Positions 10,401 through 20,304 of a stretch of 64,000 nucleotides of DNA are shown piece by piece. The stretch comes from Porphyridium purpureum (taxonomy: Eukaryota): contig VRMN01000002.1 of NCBI GenBank assembly GCA_008690995.1, positions 2,046,001 through 2,110,000 on the forward strand, written 5' to 3'. The notes beneath the pieces are model-generated. The model had not been told where the DNA came from, did not search any database, and was given only the letters and a program-made list of their open reading frames with translations. The position numbers were made by a program, and so were the translations under genes. How positions within the stretch are numbered: the stretch's first letter is position 1; the number at the start of each line of letters is the position of its first letter.

Positions 10401-12203
10401 ATGGGCTCCGCAACACAGCAGCGGATACGTGTTTGGGTGACGGGCGCTGCGGCGGTCTCGCTCGCGTCAACGGCCGCAGTGCTGTACCGCGATCGCGACC
10501 CGGCATCGGTGCGGATGGACTGGCCGGTGCCGTTGGAGCTCGCCTACCGGCGCGTGTTTGTGCTGCGCACTGCAGCACAACTATCATGGCGCTTGCTCCG
10601 GTTCCGCCGGGTAGAAGCGGATCTCGACGAACCGCGCGTGGCGCAGTGGCACGCTGAGACGGCCGCGCACTGTGCGCGCGCGTGCTCGCGGCTTGGTGGG
10701 CTGTACGTGAAGCTCGCCCAGGCGATCAGCTCGATGCCGGGCTCGCTGCGCGGTGAGTACATGGACGCGCTGCTACCTTTGACAGATTCGGCGGCATGCT
10801 CGAGCTGGCAGCACGCCAAAATGGCCATCGAGCGTGAGCTGCAGCGCCCACTCGGCGAGCTGTTCAGCCGCGTCGATACCACACCATTGGCCTGCGCGTC
10901 CATTGCACAGACGCATCGCGCGGTGCTTCGATCGGACGAGGGACATCAAGACACAGAGTCGGTAGGGGCGACTGATGCCGCGGACGTGGTCGTCAAGGTG
11001 CAGCACTTCCGCATCAAGGAGCAAATGGTTTCGGACTTGCGCATGTTGCACGCGGTGTTGTGGTGCGCTGGGTTCTGGCGAGACGTGGATAGAAAAGTGC
11101 TACGATTTCTGATCAAGACGCTTGATGGACTTGAACGCGACCTGCTCACCGAACTCGACTTTGTGGCAGAACGCAGCAACGCCGACGCTGTTCGACCCTT
11201 TTTCGAAAAATACGCGGCCAATCAGGTCACCGTCCCGCGAATGTACCCGGCGTACAGCACGGATCGCGTGCTGACGATGGAGCGCATCCCCGGCCGCCGT
11301 ATCGACGATGCTGTGGCCGACATGAGCCCCGAGGAACGTAGGCAAGTCTCTGACGCACTGGCAGAGTGCCTGTCTGTGATGCTGTTCCGGGCTGGCTTAT
11401 TCCACGCTGATCTGCATGCAGCCAATGTTTTTGCCGTACAGGACAGCGCACATGAGCGCGAAGCGCCCACAAGCGACGCGGCGGGGGCCCCGAAGGCACG
11501 CCACTTTCGCATTGCCCTTCTCGATCACGCGCAATATTGTCGCATCGACCGCGACGCACGGCTGCGGATGTGCGAGATGATTGCGAGCACTTCATACTCT
11601 TTTAACGACCACCTGCTCGCGCTGGTTCAAGACAACGATGCCGCTTCGAATGGCTCGCCTGCCGAAAGCAAGCAAGCGCGTCAACCTGGATTTGACGAAC
11701 TTGTTCTAGGAATGATGCTGCGCCCGGAATTTCTACTCCGAGCTGTGCAACTTAGCGCCGAAGAGAGGAGAGCTGTGCGCGAGCACTTGCAGGGGTCGTT
11801 TGCGGTGTTTCTGGATGGCGACCCCAGCGACGTTGCGCTGCGGTCGAGCCGAGCGCGACGGAACGGCGGCGCGGCAGACGATGAGGAGGATGTGCTGCAA
11901 GGCGCGGACACGGACCAGCAGCACCGTGCGCTGGTCCTCATTCGTTCCGTAGCTCTGGGGCACGAGCTGCACAAGCGTGTGGTCGGGGACCGCAAGCAGG
12001 CTCGATTCCAGCGGTCGCTCATCTACGTGTGGGACGCGCTGGACGAGTACCACGCCGGGTACACGTTTCCGCTGGACGCGATTGTGCACCCCGTGGTGTT
12101 CAATCTTCTGTACATCTTCCACTGGTCCAGTCTGCAGCTGCTGGGCCTGAGCCTCGACCGCATGACGCGCGCCGCACCGGCCACGCCATCCGGCTCCTCG
12201 TAG
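10401..12203 (+). CDS. ABC1/UbiB atypical protein kinase (ADCK1-like)
   Basis: GGLYVKLAQ, PLACASIAQTHRA, VVVKVQH, ELDFVAE, VLTMERIPG, FHADLHAAN and LLDHAQY motifs. Confidence 0.88.
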   Translation: MGSATQQRIRVWVTGAAAVSLASTAAVLYRDRDPASVRMDWPVPLELAYRRVFVLRTAAQLSWRLLRFRRVEADLDEPRVAQWHAETAAHCARACSRLGGLYVKLAQAISSMPGSLRGEYMDALLPLTDSAACSSWQHAKMAIERELQRPLGELFSRVDTTPLACASIAQTHRAVLRSDEGHQDTESVGATDAADVVVKVQHFRIKEQMVSDLRMLHAVLWCAGFWRDVDRKVLRFLIKTLDGLERDLLTELDFVAERSNADAVRPFFEKYAANQVTVPRMYPAYSTDRVLTMERIPGRRIDDAVADMSPEERRQVSDALAECLSVMLFRAGLFHADLHAANVFAVQDSAHEREAPTSDAAGAPKARHFRIALLDHAQYCRIDRDARLRMCEMIASTSYSFNDHLLALVQDNDAASNGSPAESKQARQPGFDELVLGMMLRPEFLLRAVQLSAEERRAVREHLQGSFAVFLDGDPSDVALRSSRARRNGGAADDEEDVLQGADTDQQHRALVLIRSVALGHELHKRVVGDRKQARFQRSLIYVWDALDEYHAGYTFPLDAIVHPVVFNLLYIFHWSSLQLLGLSLDRMTRAAPATPSGSS

Positions 12204-12289
12204 CGCATCGTCCCCACCAACCCGTGCTCCGCCCCCTCGTTTCATTGCGCCACGCGAACGTCCCGCTGTACCTCGCTCGCAAGCATCCT

Positions 12290-12321
12290 GTACCCACCGT
12301 ACCCACCGTACCCACCGTACC
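12290..12321. repeat. (GTACCCACC)x3.5 tandem repeat
   Basis: Three perfect 9-bp units plus a partial unit in the spacer after the ABC1 kinase. Confidence 0.9.
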
Positions 12322-12638
12322 TGCACTGTCCTTTTCTCTGATTTTGCAGCGCAATTCGAACAGAACGAACGAGGGAGGCGCGCGCGCATAGGACGTTGTG
12401 TGTGTGTGCCATCAGGTGGTGTGCACTTTGTAGCAAAACAGGCGTGATTAATGCGAAGTTGACGTTTGGACGCGTTGACCGGCAGAAGCAAAGAAAGAAA
12501 GGAAAGAACGGAGAATGCGAGCGTCAGGAATAGCTGTGGTTGTGAGAGTAAGCGGTGAGGGGGGGGGGGAGAGAAAAAGTGGGGGTGGATGGGAGGATGT
12601 GGAGGTCGGGTGGGGTGGAAAAGGAAGGGGGGGATGGG

Positions 12639-15089
12639 ATGGCGTCGCCGTCGCCGAACCAGCGGAAGATGTACCCGTCTGACGCGCTGCATTACGAGCT
12701 GCGCGAGCAGATTGGACAGGGCAGTACCGCCACGGTGTACCGCGCGTGGTGCGATGCCACCAAGGAGGAGGTCGCCATCAAGGTGTATGATCTCGAGGTG
12801 TTCCAGGCATCGCTCGAGGAAATCGGAAAGGAAATACAGGTCATGTCCCTCTCGTCTCACCCAAACGTGCTCCCGTACTCGGTCTCGTTTGTGCACGGCC
12901 ATGACTTGTGGGTCGTCATGCCGTTGCTCACAGGAGGCTCCGTGCTCTCCCTCGTCAAGAATATGTTCCACAAGGGCCTGGACGAGAACCTCGCGCAATA
13001 CATTTTGCACGAGGCCTTGCGCGGCCTGGAGTACTTTCACAGCCAGGGCCAAATGCACCGCGACATCAAGGCGGGCAATATCTTGCTAGATAGCAAGGGC
13101 AACGTGATGCTCAGCGATTATGGTGTGATGGGATGGATGGTGGAAGGCGGCTTGGAGCGCAAAGTGCGGCAAACGTTTGTGGGCACGCCGTGCTGGATGG
13201 CGCCCGAAGTCATGGAGCAGGTGCACGGCTACGACTACAAGGCAGACATTTGGTCATTCGGGATCACGGCCATTGAAATTGCGCAGGGCAGTGCGCCGTA
13301 CATGAATTACCCACCCATGAAAGTGTTGCTGCTGACTCTGCAGAACCCGCCGCCGTCCCTGGAGCCCCATGCGGCGCAGAAGTACTCCAAGGGTTTCAGA
13401 GAAATGTTGGAGTTCTGCCTGCAAAAGGATCCGAAGAAGCGACCGACTGCAGCACAGATGCTGAGACACAAATATTTCAAGAACGTGCGCAAGCCAGCAA
13501 ATCTGCCGGAGCTTATCAAGCAAATGCCCCCGTTAGGCTCACGAGCCGGTACGCAACGTGGGTTGTACCAGCAACTGCAAAAAGTCGCACAGGGCCAAAA
13601 AAGCGGGATTTGGGATCTGCAGATGAAAGGCCAGGGCTGGGACTTTGACGACGAGAATGATGCGAACGAGGCAGACGAAGACGGCCAGGCCAGCGGTGAG
13701 CAGTCAGCTTCAGAGGGAAGGACACCCAATGACGCGGACAGCAGTTTTGGCTCGTCTGTAACCGCAACGGCGACGGCCACAGCTGGGTTGAGGCAGGTTC
13801 AACGGATAAACTCACAAGATGCGGGAGGTGGCGGCGCGGTACCGACGGACAGGAGTGGCTCTGATGTGCGCGCTTCTGCACCTGGCAACCTGAACATCGC
13901 TGGCGGAACCGCAGCGACAGCACCATCTGCGGCACCAGGTCCAGAACCTGCACCTGCTCACGCTTTAGCTTCGATTCATCCTGTTGTGGTCGTGACTCCT
14001 TCGCTGCCGCCACTGGGACCAGGAGGGACGCCCGCGGCGATTCCTCCGCATGTGCCAGAGCAACTTTCATTCAACGTGAATAATGTCAATGCGAAGGATT
14101 CCGCGGTGACGGATGGAGAAGACAGTTCAAGGAGTGGAGCTGCGTCGAGATCAATTCGAAAAGGCCGCTTTTTCGTGTCGGAAATGAACCTGAATAATCT
14201 GAGTCATTCCGAAAGCGGCACATCGCTGCACAACGCTGCAGCAGAAGGCCGAGAGGTGTTTGCCAATTCAGACGGCAATTTGCGCGCTTTGGAAACGAAA
14301 GCATCTGCGCCCGTGTCGAAACCATCGCCCTTGGTGACTGCGTCAATCACACCATCACATTCAAAATCTGGCGGGCCCTCAGATCCATTGAACCCAAATC
14401 TTGTGGTCGCAGGGAGAACAAAGCCGCAATCGATGGAACGTAAACAAGCAATTTATGCGAATGTGGGTAGCGCTGTGTCGGGTCCGAAGGAAGAGACATA
14501 TTTGCATGGCATACCGATGCACATGGTAGCGGAAAGCAAAAGCGTAGCCGTGGAGCCTGCTCGTAAAAGTCGCTTTGCAGTGAAGACCGTGGTGGATCAA
14601 GAGTACTTCTCGTCGCAGCCGAACACGCCCGATATCTCGGTGCATGGTCGAAAGCGCTTTGTCGTGAAGGATGTACCGGTCGGAGGTGATTCAGAATTGA
14701 CCACCGCGACCTCAACAACGACCACCACGCTTCAAAAGGCCGTGTCGGAACTGACAGGGGCGAGCAAGGACGCGAGCCGTCCGTCGAGTGGTGAGCGTCG
14801 ATCCCGCTTTGAAGTGAAGGATGCTGACACGAACTTGCAGGATACACATGCGTCACATTCGGTCTCGCGACCAGACTTGACTGCGGGCATAGTTGGCGCG
14901 AGCCCCACCGGGAAAATGGACGTGCTCGGCCTGCTCAGCATGTTGAACGATCAGGTTGCGGAGCTCGTTCGCGAGAACCAGCAGTTGCGACACGAGGTGT
15001 ACGTGCTCAGGCAGGAACAGCAGTACTCACACCTTGTGCAAATGGGTGGTAACGCTCCCGCGGGGGCCGGCAGCGGCGGGACACAATAA
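12639..15089 (+). CDS. Ste20-family Ser/Thr kinase, OSR1/SPAK/Fray/BLUS1-like
   Basis: IGQGSTATV, VAIK, HRDIKAGNIL, DYG (DFG variant), TFVGTPCWMAPEVMEQVHGYDYKADIWSFGITA and YPPMKVLLLTLQNPPP. Long disordered tail ending in a coiled coil. Confidence 0.95.
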   Translation: MASPSPNQRKMYPSDALHYELREQIGQGSTATVYRAWCDATKEEVAIKVYDLEVFQASLEEIGKEIQVMSLSSHPNVLPYSVSFVHGHDLWVVMPLLTGGSVLSLVKNMFHKGLDENLAQYILHEALRGLEYFHSQGQMHRDIKAGNILLDSKGNVMLSDYGVMGWMVEGGLERKVRQTFVGTPCWMAPEVMEQVHGYDYKADIWSFGITAIEIAQGSAPYMNYPPMKVLLLTLQNPPPSLEPHAAQKYSKGFREMLEFCLQKDPKKRPTAAQMLRHKYFKNVRKPANLPELIKQMPPLGSRAGTQRGLYQQLQKVAQGQKSGIWDLQMKGQGWDFDDENDANEADEDGQASGEQSASEGRTPNDADSSFGSSVTATATATAGLRQVQRINSQDAGGGGAVPTDRSGSDVRASAPGNLNIAGGTAATAPSAAPGPEPAPAHALASIHPVVVVTPSLPPLGPGGTPAAIPPHVPEQLSFNVNNVNAKDSAVTDGEDSSRSGAASRSIRKGRFFVSEMNLNNLSHSESGTSLHNAAAEGREVFANSDGNLRALETKASAPVSKPSPLVTASITPSHSKSGGPSDPLNPNLVVAGRTKPQSMERKQAIYANVGSAVSGPKEETYLHGIPMHMVAESKSVAVEPARKSRFAVKTVVDQEYFSSQPNTPDISVHGRKRFVVKDVPVGGDSELTTATSTTTTTLQKAVSELTGASKDASRPSSGERRSRFEVKDADTNLQDTHASHSVSRPDLTAGIVGASPTGKMDVLGLLSMLNDQVAELVRENQQLRHEVYVLRQEQQYSHLVQMGGNAPAGAGSGGTQ

Positions 15090-15186
15090 AACTTTGATAA
15101 CTCGTGCCGTCATTCTAAATGTATCTTGTCCAAGAGAAATAGATTTCTCAGCAAGCGACCATCACATTAAGGCTTCGCTCTTGTAC

Positions 15187-16545
15187 ATGGCGCCCTCCCG
15201 AGATTCGCTGGCTGCTTCGCCAGCCGCAACGCCGTGTGACAGCGCGTCGCTGTCGTCGTCCATTGTGTTTCTGGACAATGGCGCCGGTGACATCAAGTGT
15301 GCGCGAGTTCCCAGCGATCATTTCTCGGCGGAGGACATCCGCGAAGCTGTGGGCGCGGCGGTACGGATCCCAAACGCAGCATGCCGGCCGCGCGTCGAGG
15401 TACCGGGCGTGCCGCGGCGTGCAGGCAACGTGATGTATGGCTCGGAACTACGCTCGTGCCGTGACTTCTCCGAGATGTCGTTTTCTCGTCCCCACCAGCG
15501 CGGATACGTGTGCAGTTGGGGACTCGAGCTCGACATCTGGTCACATTTGTTGAACAATGAGCAGGCAGTGGACGCACAAGGCACGCACAGAAACGCCATC
15601 ATCACCACGGCGCCGTGCTTCAACCCGGGGCATATGATTCATGCCGAGAGCGAACTTGTGTTTGAGTATTTGGGCTTTCAAAGGTACGTGCAACTCACGT
15701 CGCAGGCTATGCCGGCCTTTGCAGCGTCGACGAGCAGCCACGCATGTGTGGTGCTGGACACTGGGTTTTCTTTCAGTCATGCAGTGCCTGTCATCGATGG
15801 GCGCGTCATATGGCGAGCGGTGCGACGGCTGGATTTAGGAGGCAAGGCGCTCACAAATCAACTCAAGGAAATCATCAGCTTTCGTGCGTACAATATGATG
15901 CGCGATACCGCGGTTGTAAATGCCATCAAAGAGCGCGTTTGTCGTGTGAGCCCGCATTATCTTGCCGAGATTGCGCTCGAAAACAAGAAGCCGAGGTCCA
16001 GAAGGTATACGCCCACCCCAGACTACATGCTCCCAGATGCGACCACTGGCTACAAGGACCCTTTAGGCTTCGTGATCGACCCGGCGAATGTCCCTACACT
16101 CGACCCGACTGCACAGACCCTCGCTCTGACGAATGAGAAGATTTTTATTCCAGAGCTGTTGTTCAGCCCAAGCGACATTGGACTCGGCCAAGCAGGCGTC
16201 GCAGAACTGGTGTGCCAGGCGGTCGAGGCGTGCAGCGCGCACCTGCCGCCAGACGAGGCGATGAGATTGCGCGCACTACTATACGGAAATGTCCAAGTTG
16301 TTGGGGGAAACTCGCTTTTCCCTGGATTCGTCAAGCGATTGCTCGCTGACATGCGACCTCTTGTTCCTGCAGAGATCAAGCTGCAGGTCCTCCGAGCCCC
16401 AGATCCGCAATTAGCCGCACTGGAGGGCAGCATGTTCTTTACGCAGCAATGGATGGAGAGCGGACGCCCGCTGTTTGTGTCCAAGGCAGAGTACGACGAG
16501 TTTGGGCCAAACGTGTGCTACTCACGCTTTCAGAGCTTGGCCTAA
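15187..16545 (+). CDS. ARP6: Actin-related protein 6 (SWR1 complex)
   Basis: LDNGAGDIK, RPHQRGY, VLDTGFSFSHAVP, GGKALTNQLKEIISFRAYNMM, YMLPD, PELLFSPSDIG and GGNSLFPGF are ARP6-type signatures. Confidence 0.92.
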   Translation: MAPSRDSLAASPAATPCDSASLSSSIVFLDNGAGDIKCARVPSDHFSAEDIREAVGAAVRIPNAACRPRVEVPGVPRRAGNVMYGSELRSCRDFSEMSFSRPHQRGYVCSWGLELDIWSHLLNNEQAVDAQGTHRNAIITTAPCFNPGHMIHAESELVFEYLGFQRYVQLTSQAMPAFAASTSSHACVVLDTGFSFSHAVPVIDGRVIWRAVRRLDLGGKALTNQLKEIISFRAYNMMRDTAVVNAIKERVCRVSPHYLAEIALENKKPRSRRYTPTPDYMLPDATTGYKDPLGFVIDPANVPTLDPTAQTLALTNEKIFIPELLFSPSDIGLGQAGVAELVCQAVEACSAHLPPDEAMRLRALLYGNVQVVGGNSLFPGFVKRLLADMRPLVPAEIKLQVLRAPDPQLAALEGSMFFTQQWMESGRPLFVSKAEYDEFGPNVCYSRFQSLA

Positions 16546-16719
16546 ATGTCTGCTTGTTGCTCGCGTCCTTCAATTGAAAAGCGTCACGCAGTTCATAAGC
16601 AAACGTATGTATTTTAGTATGTACAGGCGCTGGCATTGGGGGTTCGGGTGTTTGGTGTGAAGGTTGAGCAGAAGGCGCGCCAGAAGCAACTGCATGTCTG
16701 ACGGAGCGCCTAATCAATC

Positions 16720-19700
16720 ATGTACAAACCGGTCGGCGGCGGCGGCCGCAGCGATGGTCATGGTGGCGCCGAGGACCGTCCGCCATTGTTGCAGGCCGGG
16801 GATTCAGGGAGTGATGAGGACGCGGCGTGGGGCGGGCTGGTGAGCAGTACAACGGCCGCGGCGTTGGATGAGAAGGCCGCAACGCATGGGCACACAGTCT
16901 CTTACGCACCTTCGTCGTCCACTTTCATTGCCGAAGGAGGGGCTTCTGGGGGGAGCAGAAATGGTGGCCGTGAATCTGACGGATACACACGTCGCGAGGC
17001 AGGGATGCAGAAGTTTCCTGACGCGGCGCCGTCGTTCCCTGATCAGGCCGCCGTGCATAGCACGGCTATGCCCGTGGGCGAGTACTCATCCCGTGCGGGA
17101 AGTAGCAGTCGTGTCATCGATCTGTTTGTCCGGGTTCGCAACTGGCTTTCGCGCTGGATTCGGCAGCCAATCTTTTGGGTCGCTTTGGTGCTAGCAATAG
17201 GACTGATTGTGGTTGTCACGCATGCGAGTGGGAAGCGGCCTGCTTATTCGACCCCGGGGCCAGGCATTGCGAGTGGTCCAGGAGGTGTTGGCGATGAGGG
17301 TAACGAGTATGACATCGCAGGGATAGGTGGTCTCGGCGGCGGCGCGTCTCCTCGAGGTATCCCGCTGTCTGGATTTACGGTAACGGAGGGGATGATCTAT
17401 GTACTGAAACCAAAGCCCGGTGCACTAGGAATGGGAACAAGTGTTAAACTTGGAGTGCCGCGTTCGTTTTTGAATGTGCCCTTCATCGTCACTGTTATAT
17501 TCACGCGTGCAGATGCACAGTCTACGCTCCTACATATGCCCGGCTCCGAGTACGAGAACAATTGGTTTGCATTTCGCTTGAGCGAGGATGAAACGGCGTT
17601 AGAATTGTACCAGCCATCGTTCAATGTGCGCGTGGCTTCGCAAGGCTCGGAGCTTGAGGAGGCGTACAAAGAGGGCGTTGCGCGAGGGGCGCTCGTCAAA
17701 TTTGGCACGGCACAGGCCGAAGGATTTGATGGCTACATCATTGATTCCGACGAGTACATGGCGTACGGCTTTCTTGTCTTCCCGCACCTGCGGATGATGT
17801 CGCCAGATTTTGTGGATGTGCTCGTGTTTGAGCGCAATCTGAACATGCAGTATGACGTCACGGTGTCCGACCAGTCTGGCTCTGGTTCTCAAGCGTACGC
17901 GCGCCTGCAATTCTCGCTTATTCAGTTGCCCGATAGTGGAAAGCTAATGAAAGCACGCCCAGCCGACTCACGCATCGGGTATTTCACACAGAGCTACTTC
18001 ATGCTTGATACACCGACGGTCAGGCATCGGAGAAAGGATATTATCCACCGCTGGAATCTCCGATCGGCAAACGGTAGATCAGAAATTGTGTATTACATAG
18101 ACCCAACGGTCCCGGAGGCGTATCGTGCGACGGTAAAGGCCGGTATTGAGGCGTGGAACAAGGCTCTTGAGGCCGCTGGATTGTCGGACCACGAGGAAGT
18201 GGAGAAAATCATTCGCGCGGTTTCTCCGGGTGACGCAGATTGGCCGCAAGACTATCATCCGGGAGATGTCAAATACAGTTCCATTTCGTGGGCTCCGTCC
18301 CTCTATGAGACATTTGCACTCGGTCCGTCTGACAGCGATCCGCGTACTGGCGAAATTTTGCAGGCCGATATTGTCTTTACTCACAGTTGGATTCGCGCGT
18401 GGTATTCCGAGTTCGAGACATTCCTTGGCATGGACGATTGGATTGCGGATGTTGATGATACGGATCGCGCGGCAGCGTCCGATGGCCACTCTACCTTCGA
18501 CTTCATTTCATCACGGATTCGGCATGCGTTTGGAGGCGCAAGTTCTGTACCCAATGCGCGCAGAAACTCTGGTGACGGATCAGAATGGCCACAGGATTAT
18601 GGATTTGCATCACTCTCGGAAATGAATGGCAAAGCTCAAGCGCAGACTTTACCACTGTCAGGAATGAAACCAGAGCGAGCGCGGCAAGTGCAGACTTTTC
18701 GTGCCGTTGATGATTCAGAACTGGATATTCATTTTGTGCGGCACTTGGGATCTCTCGCCAGGCATCATGCACACCAAGAGATGGTGCGGTCGCTACTAGA
18801 ATCCAACGGCTCAGTCTTTCTCTCTGAATACAGGATGCGAGCTGTCGAAAAGTTTGATGAGTTCATGCATGCCGCGCTGAAGGCGGTGGTAATGCACGAA
18901 GTTGGCCACACGTTAGGCCTACGTCACAACTTTCGGGCTTCAGCAAACACACCATGGGCCCAGCTGTCGAACGCCTCGTACGTGGCCGAGCATGGCATTT
19001 GTACGAGTGTGATGGACTACATTGCGTTGCATGTGCAAGCCGACCCTGCACGCCAAACTGAGTATTTCATGACAGTCATTGGCGACTATGATATTGCGGC
19101 CATCAAGTACGGCTATGCGCACCCGGATACTGGCACCCGGCAAGAGCTGGAGGATTTCGCGCGTCACACCGTTGAAAGCGGCTTACTTTTCATGACCGAT
19201 GAAGACGATCCTTCGGTGATGGGTGAGGATCCCTTCTCGAGCACATTTGATCTCAGCGATGACCTTGTTGCGTTTGCAGAAAACCAGTTAGAGTTGGCCG
19301 AGAAGCTTCTCGCGCATCTTCTAGAACGCGCCAGTGTCATGAATGAGCGGTATACGGATGTCACAACAGACTTCATGACAATACACAAGAGTGTGTTGCG
19401 GAGCCTCGATTACGTGGTGAAGCTCATTGGTGGAGTCGAATCTGTGCGGTTTCGCGCACAATCTGGCAAGGAGCCAAAGGCTGCAGTTGACGCGGTGACT
19501 GAGCGCGCCGCTGTGGAGCTCTTGCTTCGCGTGCTGAACCCAGTCGACGGCTTCTTGGGGGTGAAGAGCATGTCTCGATTCGCACCTTTCCTGGTGCAAG
19601 AGTTTGGGAGCTGTGACGCCGGCGCCAGTGCATGCTTTGGCTTCCAGTCGGTCAGTGCGTTGGACATCGCGCGGTCGTTCCGATTTGGCCTCTTTCAAAA

Positions 19701-20211
19701 GCTTCTGCATCCCCTTCGCATCGAGCGTATGCAGCGAAACCTGCTGCTACGCATGTCGGCGTCGCGGCCAGACGCGGGTAGCAGCCAGACGCTTGTCAAG
19801 CCGTTACATGCGCTCGAGATCTTCCACCGCGTCGGCGATGTCTTTTTCAAATCTCTTCTGGAAGCCCGGCAGTATGAGCGAGACGACGCACAGACCGCTC
19901 GTACACAGGATATCAACGAGACCGAGCTTGAGGCGCTGGCATACGCGCACGCGCGGATGGACTGGGTCGATTGGCTTTACCTAATGCTGGAGACTGGGTT
20001 GAACATACAGCCTGGATACATCAAGTCGCCTCTATCAGCGGAGCTCACGCGCCTCAGCGACATAGTGGCGGAGGCAGGCACGCACTATCGAACATCCGCG
20101 TGCTCGGGCCTTGCTTACTTTGAGTACCCGCTGAGCTCGGCTTGTGCATTGCGTAGTGAACTGTCAGCGCTTTCCTTGAAGCTTGGCGACTTCTTATCTC
20201 CGCATAAGTGA
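16720..20211 (+). CDS. Membrane-anchored zinc metalloprotease, bacterial EcxA/DUF4953-DUF5117-like metzincin
   Basis: N-terminal TM (IFWVALVLAIGLIVVV), RPADSRIGYF, IVYYIDPTVP, GIEAWNKALEAAG, DPRTGEILQAD, HEVGHTLGLRHNF (18895-18927), Met-turn SVMDY and IGDYDIAAIKYGY. Confidence 0.88.
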   Translation: MYKPVGGGGRSDGHGGAEDRPPLLQAGDSGSDEDAAWGGLVSSTTAAALDEKAATHGHTVSYAPSSSTFIAEGGASGGSRNGGRESDGYTRREAGMQKFPDAAPSFPDQAAVHSTAMPVGEYSSRAGSSSRVIDLFVRVRNWLSRWIRQPIFWVALVLAIGLIVVVTHASGKRPAYSTPGPGIASGPGGVGDEGNEYDIAGIGGLGGGASPRGIPLSGFTVTEGMIYVLKPKPGALGMGTSVKLGVPRSFLNVPFIVTVIFTRADAQSTLLHMPGSEYENNWFAFRLSEDETALELYQPSFNVRVASQGSELEEAYKEGVARGALVKFGTAQAEGFDGYIIDSDEYMAYGFLVFPHLRMMSPDFVDVLVFERNLNMQYDVTVSDQSGSGSQAYARLQFSLIQLPDSGKLMKARPADSRIGYFTQSYFMLDTPTVRHRRKDIIHRWNLRSANGRSEIVYYIDPTVPEAYRATVKAGIEAWNKALEAAGLSDHEEVEKIIRAVSPGDADWPQDYHPGDVKYSSISWAPSLYETFALGPSDSDPRTGEILQADIVFTHSWIRAWYSEFETFLGMDDWIADVDDTDRAAASDGHSTFDFISSRIRHAFGGASSVPNARRNSGDGSEWPQDYGFASLSEMNGKAQAQTLPLSGMKPERARQVQTFRAVDDSELDIHFVRHLGSLARHHAHQEMVRSLLESNGSVFLSEYRMRAVEKFDEFMHAALKAVVMHEVGHTLGLRHNFRASANTPWAQLSNASYVAEHGICTSVMDYIALHVQADPARQTEYFMTVIGDYDIAAIKYGYAHPDTGTRQELEDFARHTVESGLLFMTDEDDPSVMGEDPFSSTFDLSDDLVAFAENQLELAEKLLAHLLERASVMNERYTDVTTDFMTIHKSVLRSLDYVVKLIGGVESVRFRAQSGKEPKAAVDAVTERAAVELLLRVLNPVDGFLGVKSMSRFAPFLVQEFGSCDAGASACFGFQSVSALDIARSFRFGLFQKLLHPLRIERMQRNLLLRMSASRPDAGSSQTLVKPLHALEIFHRVGDVFFKSLLEARQYERDDAQTARTQDINETELEALAYAHARMDWVDWLYLMLETGLNIQPGYIKSPLSAELTRLSDIVAEAGTHYRTSACSGLAYFEYPLSSACALRSELSALSLKLGDFLSPHK

Positions 20212-20304
20212 TCAAAAGCGATGGTGGATGAGTTTGCTGGCATTTCAAAGTGGTTCGGCTACATATACCGACTCGAAGCCAGCTGAAATAAAAGAATGCA
20301 TTTT

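Noticed and set aside
11733..13058. 441-aa minus-strand ORF
   Set aside because: Antisense shadow of two GC3-rich kinase genes running through low-complexity spacer.
14956..15186. Apparent overlap of the ARP6 ORF with the kinase 3' end
   Set aside because: Arises from an upstream TTG start; the first ATG at 15187 gives a normal ARP6 with no overlap.
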